From NCBI GenBank assembly GCA_964587535.1, contig CAZPMA010000002.1:4847-68846 (forward strand): 64,000 bases of DNA, read 5' to 3'. The translations under genes and the position numbers were made by a program. The notes under the pieces are model-generated. The model did not search any database. It was not told where the DNA came from and saw only the letters and a list, made by a program, of their open reading frames with translations. The number at the start of each line of letters is the position of its first letter. Positions within the stretch are counted from its first letter, which is position 1. The stretch is from an uncultured Bacteroidales bacterium. GTDB taxonomy: Bacteria; Bacteroidota; Bacteroidia; Bacteroidales; UBA12077. Shown one piece after another: positions 1-9,337 of this stretch.

Positions 1-2
1 TT

Positions 3-215
3 ACTCCTGAAGAAATTACAAAAGAAATTCAAAAATATATTCCGGAATTAGAAGTAAGCTTTAACCCAGATTTTCGACAAGCAATTGCAGAATCATGGCC
101 ACGAAGTATAAGTGATGAAGCTGCACAAAACGACTGGGGATGGAAACATGAATTTAGTCTCGAAAAAATGACAAAAGTGATGATTGAAAATATAAGGGAA
201 AAGTTAAATCCTTAA
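3..215 (+). CDS. 3' end of an NAD-dependent epimerase/dehydratase-family (L-threonine 3-dehydrogenase-like) gene, 5' truncated by the window edge
   Basis: Hand translation of frame 3 gives ...TPEEITKEIQKYIPELEVSFNPDFRQAIAESWPRSISDEAAQNDWGWKHEFSLEKMTKVMIENIREKLNP* with TAA at 213-215. The DFRQAIAxSWP...DWGW block is what I recall from the C-termini of short-chain, GalE-like threonine dehydrogenases. Confidence 0.55.
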   Translation, partial: TPEEITKEIQKYIPELEVSFNPDFRQAIAESWPRSISDEAAQNDWGWKHEFSLEKMTKVMIENIREKLNP

Positions 216-220
216 TAAAT

Positions 221-253
221 AAGAAACCCCGAAATTTTCGGGGTTTCTTTTTG
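221..253. terminator. Rho-independent terminator between convergent genes, possibly bidirectional
   Basis: Near-perfect palindrome AGAAACCCCGAAA-T-TTTCGGGGTTTCT (222-248) followed by a T run. It lies 6 nt after the + strand stop and about 60 nt downstream of the nrdJ stop on the other strand. Confidence 0.85.
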
Positions 254-309
254 TCTATAAATTATAGACTAAACATTTAAAATATTAGAAATACTAACGG
301 CAAACTCTT

Positions 310-2901
310 CTATCCGCATTTTGAATATCCACAACTATTACAAGTTAAACATCCTTCTTTATATTCCATGGTATTTTCTTGTCCGCATTCCGGACATACT
401 GTTCCAACTTTTGCTTTCGTACCATCGGTAATATATCTTTTTAAAGCTCTCTCAACTCCATTTTTCCATGTATTGATCGTTTCACTATCTAATCTTAATG
501 ATTGTACTAAATTAACCACATCAGGAATTGGCATGCCATGACGTAATACTCCGGAAATTAATTTTGCATAATTCCAGAATTCTTTTTGGAACATATGTGA
601 CAATCCACCTAATGTGTTCTCATATCCGTACTTATCAATATATTGAAAATCGTAACGACTCTTACCATCTTTGTCTTTTACTTTGATAATCTTTCCATTT
701 CTAATTGATTTTGGGATAGGGAAAATTTCTTCGTCGGCAAGACCAGTAAATATTTCATAAGGTCTGTTGTCTTTAACACCCACAAATGCAATCCATTTCT
801 CATCGTTATTATTAAAACGAATAATTTCTGCATTTAATGATTTTGGCCTTTTATGTGAGCCATCAGCTTCAGCCGTTGCTTGTTTTTTATCTTTTTTATT
901 AGAAACCAAAACTCCCGAACGAGATCCTTCTCTATAAACGGTAACTCCCTTACATCCACTTTCCCAAGCAGTTACATATAACTGTCCCACTAGCTCTTCT
1001 GTTGCATCTTCTGGTAAATTAATTGTAACACTAATTGAATGATCAACCCATTTCTGGATTCGTCCTTGCATTTTAACTTTCCCTTCCCAATCAACATCAT
1101 TAGATGTTGCTTTATAATAAGGTGATTTTTCAATAATAGCATTCACTTCGTCATCAGACATTGTTTTAACATTTTCATCATCGTATCCATTGGCACTCAT
1201 CCAATCAATAAACTTGTGGTGAAATACATTGTATTCTTCCCATGAATCACCTACTTCATCAATAAAAGAAACTGTTGTTTCAGGATCATTAGGATTAACC
1301 TTTCGACGACGTTTGTAAACTGGCATAAATACCGGCTCAATTCCCGAAGTTGTTTGAGTCATTAAACTAGTTGTTCCTGTAGGAGCAATAGTTAATAATG
1401 CAATATTTCTTCTTCCAAACTGAACCATGTCTGTATATAGCTGTTCATCCTGTTCTTTTAATCTTAAAATAAAAGGATTATTTCTTTCCTTTTGAGCATC
1501 GAAAATTTCAAAAGCGCCACGTTCTTTTGCCATTTCAACAGAAGAACGATAAGCAGACAATGCAACTGTTTTATGAACTTCTTCTGAGAAATCAACTGCT
1601 ATTTCACTACCATAGCGTAAACCTAAAGCTGCAAGCATATCACCTTCTGCGGTAATACCAACACCTGTTCTTCTTCCTTCGGCTGCTTTTTTACGAATAT
1701 TATTCCAAAGCTTATCTTCTACCATTTTCACTTCGTAATCTTCCGGATCTGCTCCAATCTTATCAAGAATCGCATCTATTTTTTCCAGTTCTAGATCAAT
1801 GATATCATCCATTATTCTTTGCGCATACCCTACGTGTTCTTTAAACAAGTCAAAATTAAATTTTGCTTCAGAAGTAAATGGATTTTCTACATAACTAAAT
1901 AGGTTGATTGCTAATAATCTACAACTATCATATGGGCACAAAGGTATTTCGCCGCAAGGATTAGTAGATACTGTTTTATATCCTAAATCTGCATAGCAAT
2001 CGGCCACCGACTCATTGATGATTGTGTCCCAGAATAATATTCCTGGTTCGGCTGACTTCCATGCATTATGCACAATTTTTTTCCATATTTTACCGGCATC
2101 AACTGTTTGTTTAAATGTTGGCTCATTAGATTCAATTGGATATTGTTGATTATATGGTTTATTTTCAACTACAGATTTCATAAAATCGTCGTCGATACGC
2201 ACCGAGACGTTTGCTCCTGTAACTTTACCTGCTTCTAATTTAGCGTCAATAAATTTTTCTGCATCAGGGTGCTTACTTGAAATACTTAACATCAAAGCTC
2301 CTCTTCGACCATCTTGTGCAACCTCACGTGTCGAATTAGAATATCGTTCCATAAATGGAACTACACCTGTTGATGTTAACGCGCTATTTAAAACGGGACT
2401 ACCTTGTGGTCGGATATGAGATAAATCGTGACCTACTCCACCGCGGCGTTTCATTAATTGAACCTGCTCCTGATCAATTTTCATGATTCCTCCATAAGAG
2501 TCGGCCGGATTTTTATGTCCTATTACAAAACAGTTTGATAAAGATGCAATCTGGTATTTATTTCCAATACCAGACATAGGACCACCTTGTGGTATTATGT
2601 ACTTAAAATCTTTTAATAATTCGTACACTTTCTCTTCGTTCAGCGGATTTGGGTATCTATTTTCGATACGCGCAATTTCTTTAGCTAATCTTCTATGCAT
2701 TTCATCCGGATTTTTTTCAAATAAATTCCCGTAAGAATCTTTTAATGCATATTTATTTGCCCAAACTCTCGCTGCTAATTCATCTCCTTTAAAATACTCT
2801 TTTGAGCTTTTAAAGGCCTCATCGAAAGTATAGGTCTTTTGTTTTGTTTCTTGCGATACTTCGCCTATTTTTCCATCTGTTGCCATTCCTTTTACATACA
2901 T
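310..2901 (-). CDS. nrdJ: Adenosylcobalamin-dependent (class II) ribonucleotide reductase
   Basis: 863 aa. Has RNR-barrel motifs (NPCGEIPL active-site Cys loop, TIAPTGTTS), the typical class II N-terminus (ARVWANKYALKD) and a C-terminal Cys4 tail, CPECG...CLTCNSCGYSKCG. Confidence 0.9.
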   Translation of the reverse strand: MYVKGMATDGKIGEVSQETKQKTYTFDEAFKSSKEYFKGDELAARVWANKYALKDSYGNLFEKNPDEMHRRLAKEIARIENRYPNPLNEEKVYELLKDFKYIIPQGGPMSGIGNKYQIASLSNCFVIGHKNPADSYGGIMKIDQEQVQLMKRRGGVGHDLSHIRPQGSPVLNSALTSTGVVPFMERYSNSTREVAQDGRRGALMLSISSKHPDAEKFIDAKLEAGKVTGANVSVRIDDDFMKSVVENKPYNQQYPIESNEPTFKQTVDAGKIWKKIVHNAWKSAEPGILFWDTIINESVADCYADLGYKTVSTNPCGEIPLCPYDSCRLLAINLFSYVENPFTSEAKFNFDLFKEHVGYAQRIMDDIIDLELEKIDAILDKIGADPEDYEVKMVEDKLWNNIRKKAAEGRRTGVGITAEGDMLAALGLRYGSEIAVDFSEEVHKTVALSAYRSSVEMAKERGAFEIFDAQKERNNPFILRLKEQDEQLYTDMVQFGRRNIALLTIAPTGTTSLMTQTTSGIEPVFMPVYKRRRKVNPNDPETTVSFIDEVGDSWEEYNVFHHKFIDWMSANGYDDENVKTMSDDEVNAIIEKSPYYKATSNDVDWEGKVKMQGRIQKWVDHSISVTINLPEDATEELVGQLYVTAWESGCKGVTVYREGSRSGVLVSNKKDKKQATAEADGSHKRPKSLNAEIIRFNNNDEKWIAFVGVKDNRPYEIFTGLADEEIFPIPKSIRNGKIIKVKDKDGKSRYDFQYIDKYGYENTLGGLSHMFQKEFWNYAKLISGVLRHGMPIPDVVNLVQSLRLDSETINTWKNGVERALKRYITDGTKAKVGTVCPECGQENTMEYKEGCLTCNSCGYSKCG

Positions 2902-3061
2902 ATTTTAAGCAGGTTTTTTATAGTATTAAATAATGTTCTCCGATTATGTTCTAAAGCATTTTTTAGAAAAGGTAATGCTAAATTAGTCATAGTTATTTCT
3001 TCAGACAAGAGGTAACAATTTGTATTTTTCAACATTTCTTTAGAGTTATTAACGAAGGGCT

Positions 3062-3099
3062 ATAAAAGGCTGAAATCCTTGATATTAAAGATTTTCAGC
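3062..3099 (-). terminator. Candidate intrinsic terminator of the TBDR-lipoprotein-NPP operon
   Basis: On the minus strand, GCTGAAAATCTT...AAGGATTTCAGC forms a 7+2 bp stem with a bulge, followed by CTTTTAT. It sits about 200 nt downstream of the NPP stop, which is far, and the T run is short. Confidence 0.35.
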
Positions 3100-3296
3100 T
3101 CCATAATTAAAAAAAATTACATATAAAAATATTGTTCTATATTAATTTTCACATGGATTGTTAATAACCTAAAAACAGACTGATTTCTCTATGGTCTTAT
3201 GAGAATAGAAAACTTATTAACATAGATATTAACCATAGAATTACAGGTGTTAATTCCTTGATTCATTACACCTTATAAGGTTACGAGTCAAAAACA

Positions 3297-4520
3297 CTAT
3301 TTTAAGTCAATAAGCATTGGTTTGACGTTTTCCAATTGTCCATCAACAGGTCTTGGATCAATTTTTAGCAATTCACAAATTAAAGGATATAAATCAATAT
3401 TATTAATTGAGTGATGCTTATAAGCATTTTTAAAAGCCGGACCATATGCATAAAAAATTGCATGCATATCAGTATTTGAATTATCAAAACCATGAGCTCC
3501 ACCTGAATAGGATCTTCGATCAGAATATTTCCAGAGACTCCAGGAACTATCAGCCAGAACGACATAATCTTTGATTCTTTGACTTGATCCAAAATTTAAT
3601 CTTTCCAGAATCTCCTCCTTTTTCCACACAGTAATATGCTCTACACTGGATAATATATTATAAATTGTATCATAATATTCTTCTTTAGCGTCAATAGAAT
3701 AAACAGGATTTCCTCCATCAACACCTACACACCAGTCTTTTTGAATTAAATCGTATAAATAAAGTGATTTTTCTTCGTATATGTTACCCATTCCATGATC
3801 TGAAGTATATATTACATTGATTTGATCAGCGAAAGGCAATTCTGCAATCTTCTGATTAAACACCCCCACCAAACTATCCAAATACTCAACTGTGTTCACA
3901 ATTTCTATATGATCAGGTCCATAATCGTGTCCTTTACTATCCGGTTCTTCCACATACCACATTATTAAGCGTGGTCTTTCTTCTTCCGGCAATTTTAACC
4001 AGTCTAAAACTCCTTCCATTCTTTTTTCAAAACTAACAGATCCGTTATATGGATTATAGTATGAAGGTAATATACCATCGTGAGGAGCCTCTGAACCTAC
4101 CCAGTAATATGCAGCACTTTTTATTCCTTGTTTTTCTGCCGTAACCCAAATGGGTTCTCCAAGATAAAAATCGGGATCTACCACAGCAAAAGAATCAGAC
4201 AGCGAATAAAATTTATCTACATCGGGAGCATAAAATTTATTAAAAACTATTCCGTGATGATCAGGATACAATCCGGTAGCCATAGAATAATGATTCGGGA
4301 ATGTTTTGGTTGGGAAACAAGGAATACTGGATTCTGCTCTAACACCAATTTGCTCTACATAATCAAGATTAGGTGTATTTGCTTTTTCAGGATAATCCCA
4401 ACGAAATCCATCCATTGATAATACTATTACATATTGGTCGTTTCTGTTCTCTTTTTTTTTATCTATACAAGACGAAAATGCTATTAAGAAAAGAAAAATT
4501 AGATAGATGCTCCTTTTCAT
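3297..4520 (-). CDS. Ectonucleotide pyrophosphatase/phosphodiesterase (NPP, alkaline-phosphatase superfamily) lipoprotein
   Basis: 407 aa. Lipoprotein signal (LIAFSSC). NPP hallmarks: VLSMDGFRWDY, PTKTFPNHYSMATGLYP (nucleophile Thr), EEPDSKGHDYGP, YTSDHGM. Confidence 0.85.
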   Translation of the reverse strand: MKRSIYLIFLFLIAFSSCIDKKKENRNDQYVIVLSMDGFRWDYPEKANTPNLDYVEQIGVRAESSIPCFPTKTFPNHYSMATGLYPDHHGIVFNKFYAPDVDKFYSLSDSFAVVDPDFYLGEPIWVTAEKQGIKSAAYYWVGSEAPHDGILPSYYNPYNGSVSFEKRMEGVLDWLKLPEEERPRLIMWYVEEPDSKGHDYGPDHIEIVNTVEYLDSLVGVFNQKIAELPFADQINVIYTSDHGMGNIYEEKSLYLYDLIQKDWCVGVDGGNPVYSIDAKEEYYDTIYNILSSVEHITVWKKEEILERLNFGSSQRIKDYVVLADSSWSLWKYSDRRSYSGGAHGFDNSNTDMHAIFYAYGPAFKNAYKHHSINNIDLYPLICELLKIDPRPVDGQLENVKPMLIDLK

Positions 4521-4617
4521 ACAATCTGTTTTTATTTGACACTAACAAATTTACAGGAATAATGTTAAATAAAAAAAGGAAGCTTTTGCTTCCTTTTTCT
4601 AATTTTTTAAAACAATA

Positions 4618-6504
4618 CTAGTTTTCAACTACTTCTTGCAATTCAAATAGCGGAGGTGTACCTGCAGATGTACATCTATAGTGAGCAGTATAATTACTTC
4701 TAGAGTAATCGTTATTATATGTATCATACGTAATAAAGTAATCAACAGTAATACCAGACACTTCAGGAACAGCATCTGGAAACTTACTTTGTAACATAAA
4801 TACAATACCTTCCTGAACACTTTCATCTATTAGTTCCATAGCTTCTGCTTCAGTTAATGAGCCATAAGCCTCTGGATAATTATCTACACGTACAGAAACT
4901 CTTAAATCAAAGTTACCATAATAAGCACTTGCTCCGGTATAATAATCAGCAGTACCATATGAATCTATAAGACCACCATCAATATTATCTCTTACATAAT
5001 CAACAATAAGTTGATAATCTGAACCTGACATTTCTAAAGTCACTGTAGGATCAAATACCCACTTTAGTCCATTGTGTACATACTGACTTGTATTTTCACC
5101 AATATAGTCGTAAGCAGATTCCCAACCATTTGATGTATACTCATACATGGTTGCTAAAGTTATTGTACCTTCCAGTTCAGAATTATAATCATAGACTACT
5201 ATTTTCTCAACCCCCTGACCTGCAGTAGGATATTTGGCTGTTAAGAAATTTGGTAAATAGTCCTGAGGTAAAATATCAGCTGAGAAATAATTATCATCAC
5301 CTGGATCTCCCATAGCAGCATAATCATCTTCATTTAAGCAATAAACATCTTCAAGTTTCTCCCATTCTGTTCCTGTATACTGATAATAATCACTCATAAC
5401 ATAAGGTGTTTTACCATGTAAGATAGGGTAATATTCTTTAATAGGATTTACTTCAACATCTAAAATATGCCATGTAGCTGCATTTTCTGCACTTGAATTA
5501 TAGATAAATGCAATATAAATTGTACTATTCGCATAACTTGAAATATCTAAATCACCAGAATTATAAGGATCATAACCACTACCTAGACTTGCAGTATCAG
5601 CAACATCACCCCAATCAATAGTATCCCATGTAGCAGTTTCAATATTTACTCCATCAAAATCATTTGATATAGCCACTGCCAGTTGATCCCATCTGTGGTT
5701 TAAATACTTAATCTCGTGTGTGAAGTTAAAAGCAATACTAACATCATCATCCAGTTCAATAGGGTCAGAAATTAACCAATCTTCAACATCTCCACCTCCA
5801 AAACCAGACATACTTGCATAATATGAAGAACCAAAAGAGCTTGGTCGCCAATTTTTTTCAGGATTAGCAATGTCAAAACCCTTAAACTGACCAAGACCAT
5901 CATCAAAACTTTCTGTAAAATTTGTTGCTAAATCTTCACTAATTACTGGATTCTCGTTTGCATATTCATAATAGATTCTATAAATATCATCTGCCGATGC
6001 ACCAGATACTGAATTATCTAAAATTTCAGGAAGATAAAAATCTGCAGGATAATCAGGATGAAAATAATTTGCAACTCCAACTTCAAAACTTACTGTTTCG
6101 TAATCATCAGAAGTAACTTCATATTCATCAGCACTTGTATATAATGCAAGGTCTTCAGGTAAATCTACAACATAATTATAAGTAACATATGCTCTAGAAT
6201 CTTTTCTATATTCAGGGAAGCGTTCTGCTAAAATAGAACCTACATAATTTTCTGCAGTAAAATAACTGTTGAAAGCTAACATACTTTCAAGTAATTCTGC
6301 ATAAGTAGTATCAGTTTCATTTAAAGCATCTATTAAAGCTGCTTCAACAGCAATCCCATAATCGTCGTCAATTAATGTATAATTCTCAATAATACCATTA
6401 AAATCTCCTTTAAGATCATCCAATTCATCATACAAATCTTCATTTGGATTACATGCAGCAAATGCTACGACGAGTATAATTAATATATTTAATAACTTTC
6501 TCAT
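4618..6504 (-). CDS. Acidic surface lipoprotein with a central choice-of-anchor-J/MAM-like domain, function unknown
   Basis: 628 aa. Lipobox (VVAFAAC). Very rich in D, E and Y. Central block NWRPSSFGSSYYASMSGFG...DWLISDPIEL...IAFNF resembles choice-of-anchor J domains. Three recurrences of a (F/Y)LPxxL...P...G..(I/V).VxYxY module. Sits immediately downstream of a TBDR. Confidence 0.6.
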   Translation of the reverse strand: MRKLLNILIILVVAFAACNPNEDLYDELDDLKGDFNGIIENYTLIDDDYGIAVEAALIDALNETDTTYAELLESMLAFNSYFTAENYVGSILAERFPEYRKDSRAYVTYNYVVDLPEDLALYTSADEYEVTSDDYETVSFEVGVANYFHPDYPADFYLPEILDNSVSGASADDIYRIYYEYANENPVISEDLATNFTESFDDGLGQFKGFDIANPEKNWRPSSFGSSYYASMSGFGGGDVEDWLISDPIELDDDVSIAFNFTHEIKYLNHRWDQLAVAISNDFDGVNIETATWDTIDWGDVADTASLGSGYDPYNSGDLDISSYANSTIYIAFIYNSSAENAATWHILDVEVNPIKEYYPILHGKTPYVMSDYYQYTGTEWEKLEDVYCLNEDDYAAMGDPGDDNYFSADILPQDYLPNFLTAKYPTAGQGVEKIVVYDYNSELEGTITLATMYEYTSNGWESAYDYIGENTSQYVHNGLKWVFDPTVTLEMSGSDYQLIVDYVRDNIDGGLIDSYGTADYYTGASAYYGNFDLRVSVRVDNYPEAYGSLTEAEAMELIDESVQEGIVFMLQSKFPDAVPEVSGITVDYFITYDTYNNDYSRSNYTAHYRCTSAGTPPLFELQEVVEN

Positions 6505-6525
6505 AATTGTTCAATTTTTAAATTT

Positions 6526-9075
6526 TTAGAAATTAACTTTTAAACTAAGTGATGCAGTACGTCCAAATCCATAATATACTAAAACATCCTTAGCCAGATG
6601 TGAGTCGGCATCTCTCGCGTCAGCAATATATTCAGTATCAAAAACATTGTGAACATTACCAATCAAAATTGCATCTACAGTTCCTAATTTAAACTTGTAA
6701 TTTGCATTCACATCAAATAATCCATAAGAAGGCATTTGCCATGAGTCTGCATTATCACCACTTGTTCTTGATGTAATATCAAAGTCAGCATATAAATTAT
6801 CGTAATAGTTATAATCAGCACCTATTTTCAATTTTGGTAATACTTCGTAGTTAACACCAATAGCTGCAGTAGTTTGTGCCGAGTTTCCTGTATGAATATC
6901 TTTTAATGTAAGACTAATTTCATCCGTTGAACCATCCTCCAGGATTACAACTCCTTTAGCATCTGCATTCCACTTCCAGTCGCCTATTGAACCCATTACT
7001 CTAATATTTAATTTTTCAACAGGTCTAATTGTACCAACAACTTCTACACCCATATGAGTTGCGTTAAGTCCGGTTAAGTTAGCAGTAACATTATTGCCTA
7101 AAGATCTGGTTAGTGCTTTATCTAACCATACAGTTCTATATAAAGTTACATCAACATTTGCAATAGAAGTTCTGTATCCGTATCCTAATTCAACAGAGCT
7201 TACTCTTTCATGTTCTGCATCTTCGTTGTATTCGTTTGAACGACTTAGAAATACAACTTCAAAATAAGGAGCTCTTGTAAAATAACCACCATTTACAAAA
7301 ACATTATGTTCTTTATTAATATTATAATTTGCGCCACCTTTTACAGACCAATCCATATAACTTAACCATTTTGTTTGTTGATCAGCAGGAAGTTCAAATA
7401 AATCCGTTCTTCTATAAAACTGATTAGACAATGAACCCGATAAAAATCCTGAATATTGATCTGTTTTATATTCACCTTGTAAGAAAAGTCCTGCCCATGC
7501 AAGATCACTATAATAATGATAGTTTATATAATCACCTTTAGATAAAGGAATATTCATTTCTCTGTTTAAATCATCATTATTCAAATAATACTCACCACCT
7601 AACAAATCATCAATTTGATAAGCATGATATCCTCTGTACCATCTTCCGTCAATACCGGCAGTAAGTTCAACGCCTGCATATTCAGTATTTAATGTAGAAA
7701 GAATTCCATACCAATCGTGTTCATTTATTCCGTTAGCAATAATAACTTCAGATCCATTTAGGCCTGCAGCATTTATTTCCTCAGCAGCATCCCAATCAAT
7801 TAGGCCACCCGGAGTTAATAATGTGTTATCATATGCTTCACCTGTAGTGTAACTATAAGTAACTAAACTAGAATTTCCAGCCGTTCTTCTACCACCTCCT
7901 TTTGCAATCGATGCATACACTGCAGTTGAAAGGTTTGTGGTTTCATTGATTGTCCAGTAGTGGTTTAAAGAGATTTGTGGTTTATGATAATAATTATAAT
8001 TATATGCTGTTGCATATATCTCACCATTTCTAATACCATAATCCCCATTGTATTTTATTCCATCCTGTTCATTTCGATAAGTTTCGATTGTATGCATTGT
8101 ACCTCTTTGATTATGCCATTGAGGAGCACCAAATGCAGTAAAAGAAAGACTTTGTTTGTCACTAATTCTTTTCGAAATATTTACAAAATAAGACCATCCT
8201 TCAAAGCTAGTCCCTTTAACATATCCATCACCAAATGTATGTGCTCCTGATAAAGTAACAGCCCAGCCATTATCGGTTAAACCAGTAGATACAGTAAATG
8301 ATTTCTTTTGATAACCATCGTTCCCTATTCCGTAATAAACATTTCCTCCTTTTTGAACATCCGTTGTTTTTGTTAAAATATTTATAGTACCACCAACAGA
8401 AGAAATTGCCAGTTTAGATGCACCTAAACCACGCTGCACCTGCATAACTTGTGTAACATCAGATAAACCGGCCCAGTTAGACCAGTACACTTTACCATTT
8501 TCCTGTCCATTTACTGGCACTCCGTTAATTAAGACTCCAATATTATTTGAATCGAAACCACGTAAATAAATTCTTCCATCACCATAACCACCACCTGTTT
8601 TTGTAGCATATACAGAAGGTGTAGATTTTAAAATTTCAGGATACTCTTGAGTACCTAATTTTTCCTGGATAATTTCTGGTTTAATGGTAGAAATTGCAAC
8701 AGGAGTTTCTCTGTCTTTTGCAAACGAAGAAATCACACGTACTTCTTCAAGACCAATGGCGCTAGGTTGCAACTCTATCTTTCCAAGATCATATTCCTGA
8801 CCTTGTGGTAAATTAAATTGATTGATTATTTCAACATAACCAACATAAGTAAAAATTAATGTTTGATTTCCAGATGGAGTACTTAAAGTGAAACTTCCAT
8901 CTAATCCTGTTGCGGTTCCAATTGTTGTTCCTTCAACAACAATTGATGCTCCAATTAAGGCCTCGCCATTTTGTGCATCAACGAGAACCCCTTTTACAGT
9001 TGTTTGACCAAATGATACAAAAGAAACTAGTACCATTGCCAAAACTAAAATGTTACTTTTAAAGATTTTCATCAT
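6526..9075 (-). CDS. TonB-dependent outer-membrane receptor with N-terminal CarboxypepD_reg domain
   Basis: 849 aa. Signal peptide, then VKGVLVDAQNGEALIGASIVVEGT...GSFTL (carboxypeptidase-regulatory-like fold), a plug region (RIYLRGFDSNNIGVLINGVPVN) and a terminal ...SLSLKVNF aromatic residue typical of OM barrels. Confidence 0.85.
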   Translation of the reverse strand: MMKIFKSNILVLAMVLVSFVSFGQTTVKGVLVDAQNGEALIGASIVVEGTTIGTATGLDGSFTLSTPSGNQTLIFTYVGYVEIINQFNLPQGQEYDLGKIELQPSAIGLEEVRVISSFAKDRETPVAISTIKPEIIQEKLGTQEYPEILKSTPSVYATKTGGGYGDGRIYLRGFDSNNIGVLINGVPVNGQENGKVYWSNWAGLSDVTQVMQVQRGLGASKLAISSVGGTINILTKTTDVQKGGNVYYGIGNDGYQKKSFTVSTGLTDNGWAVTLSGAHTFGDGYVKGTSFEGWSYFVNISKRISDKQSLSFTAFGAPQWHNQRGTMHTIETYRNEQDGIKYNGDYGIRNGEIYATAYNYNYYHKPQISLNHYWTINETTNLSTAVYASIAKGGGRRTAGNSSLVTYSYTTGEAYDNTLLTPGGLIDWDAAEEINAAGLNGSEVIIANGINEHDWYGILSTLNTEYAGVELTAGIDGRWYRGYHAYQIDDLLGGEYYLNNDDLNREMNIPLSKGDYINYHYYSDLAWAGLFLQGEYKTDQYSGFLSGSLSNQFYRRTDLFELPADQQTKWLSYMDWSVKGGANYNINKEHNVFVNGGYFTRAPYFEVVFLSRSNEYNEDAEHERVSSVELGYGYRTSIANVDVTLYRTVWLDKALTRSLGNNVTANLTGLNATHMGVEVVGTIRPVEKLNIRVMGSIGDWKWNADAKGVVILEDGSTDEISLTLKDIHTGNSAQTTAAIGVNYEVLPKLKIGADYNYYDNLYADFDITSRTSGDNADSWQMPSYGLFDVNANYKFKLGTVDAILIGNVHNVFDTEYIADARDADSHLAKDVLVYYGFGRTASLSLKVNF

Positions 9076-9202
9076 AGATTTTTTTAAGGTTTGGGTTTAT
9101 TTTAATTTAATTTTAAAGAATACAAAAATAATGATTCTTAGAACTTCAAATATATTTAAAATATTAAGTTTTTGTTAAGATTGTAGCTTAACATTATTAA
9201 CA

Positions 9203-9227
9203 TCAAATTTGAATATTTCAAATTTGA
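9203..9227. promoter_or_regulatory. Candidate operator: two copies of the self-complementary decamer TCAAATTTGA spaced by 5 nt
   Basis: TCAAATTTGA at 9203-9212 and again at 9218-9227, about 130-150 nt upstream of the TBDR start codon (9075, minus strand). A 14-bp perfect palindrome TTAACAATTGTTAA lies nearby at 9272-9285. Confidence 0.25.
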
Positions 9228-9337
9228 GATTGCTTATTTATGGGTGTTGCCACGCACCTTTTTAACAACTTTTAACAATTGTTAATAACTTATCCATCAT
9301 TAAATAACCCAAATAAGAGTTAAAGAGTCTTAAGTTT

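Noticed and set aside
1983-2168. Short ORFs (60-140 aa) in the six-frame track that lie inside or antisense to the large genes. Examples: 1983-2168, 3380-3592, 4128-4418, 4373-4621, 7975-8250, 11173-11409, 13670-13855, 14996-15217, 20762-20947, 23437-23824, 27543-27882, 28935-29276, 31374-31625, 33945-34280, 39504-39929, 45546-45878, 53356-53736, 55523-55805.
   Set aside because: All are embedded in, or antisense to, long ORFs with clear family motifs. Their translations are low-complexity I/L/F/K/N-rich strings, as expected from alternative frames of AT-rich coding DNA. None has its own intergenic space or recognisable motifs.
2902-3296. Possible cobalamin riboswitch or NrdR boxes upstream of nrdJ.
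   Set aside because: I found no B12-box-like GCCACTG core and no GC-rich paired regions on either strand, and no pair of NrdR-type palindromes. Only generic AT-rich hairpins are present.
9123-9150. Bacteroidota-type promoter calls (-7 TAnnTTTG / -33 TTTG). Examples: TATTTTTG at 9130-9123 (minus strand) with TTTG at 9150-9147 upstream of the TBDR; TATGTTTA at 52708-52715 upstream of the double pgk; CAAATTTG at 55388-55395 upstream of the PGK paralog.
   Set aside because: Near-matches are abundant by chance in this AT-rich DNA, and the spacings or sequences deviate from consensus. I do not consider any of them supportable without TSS data.
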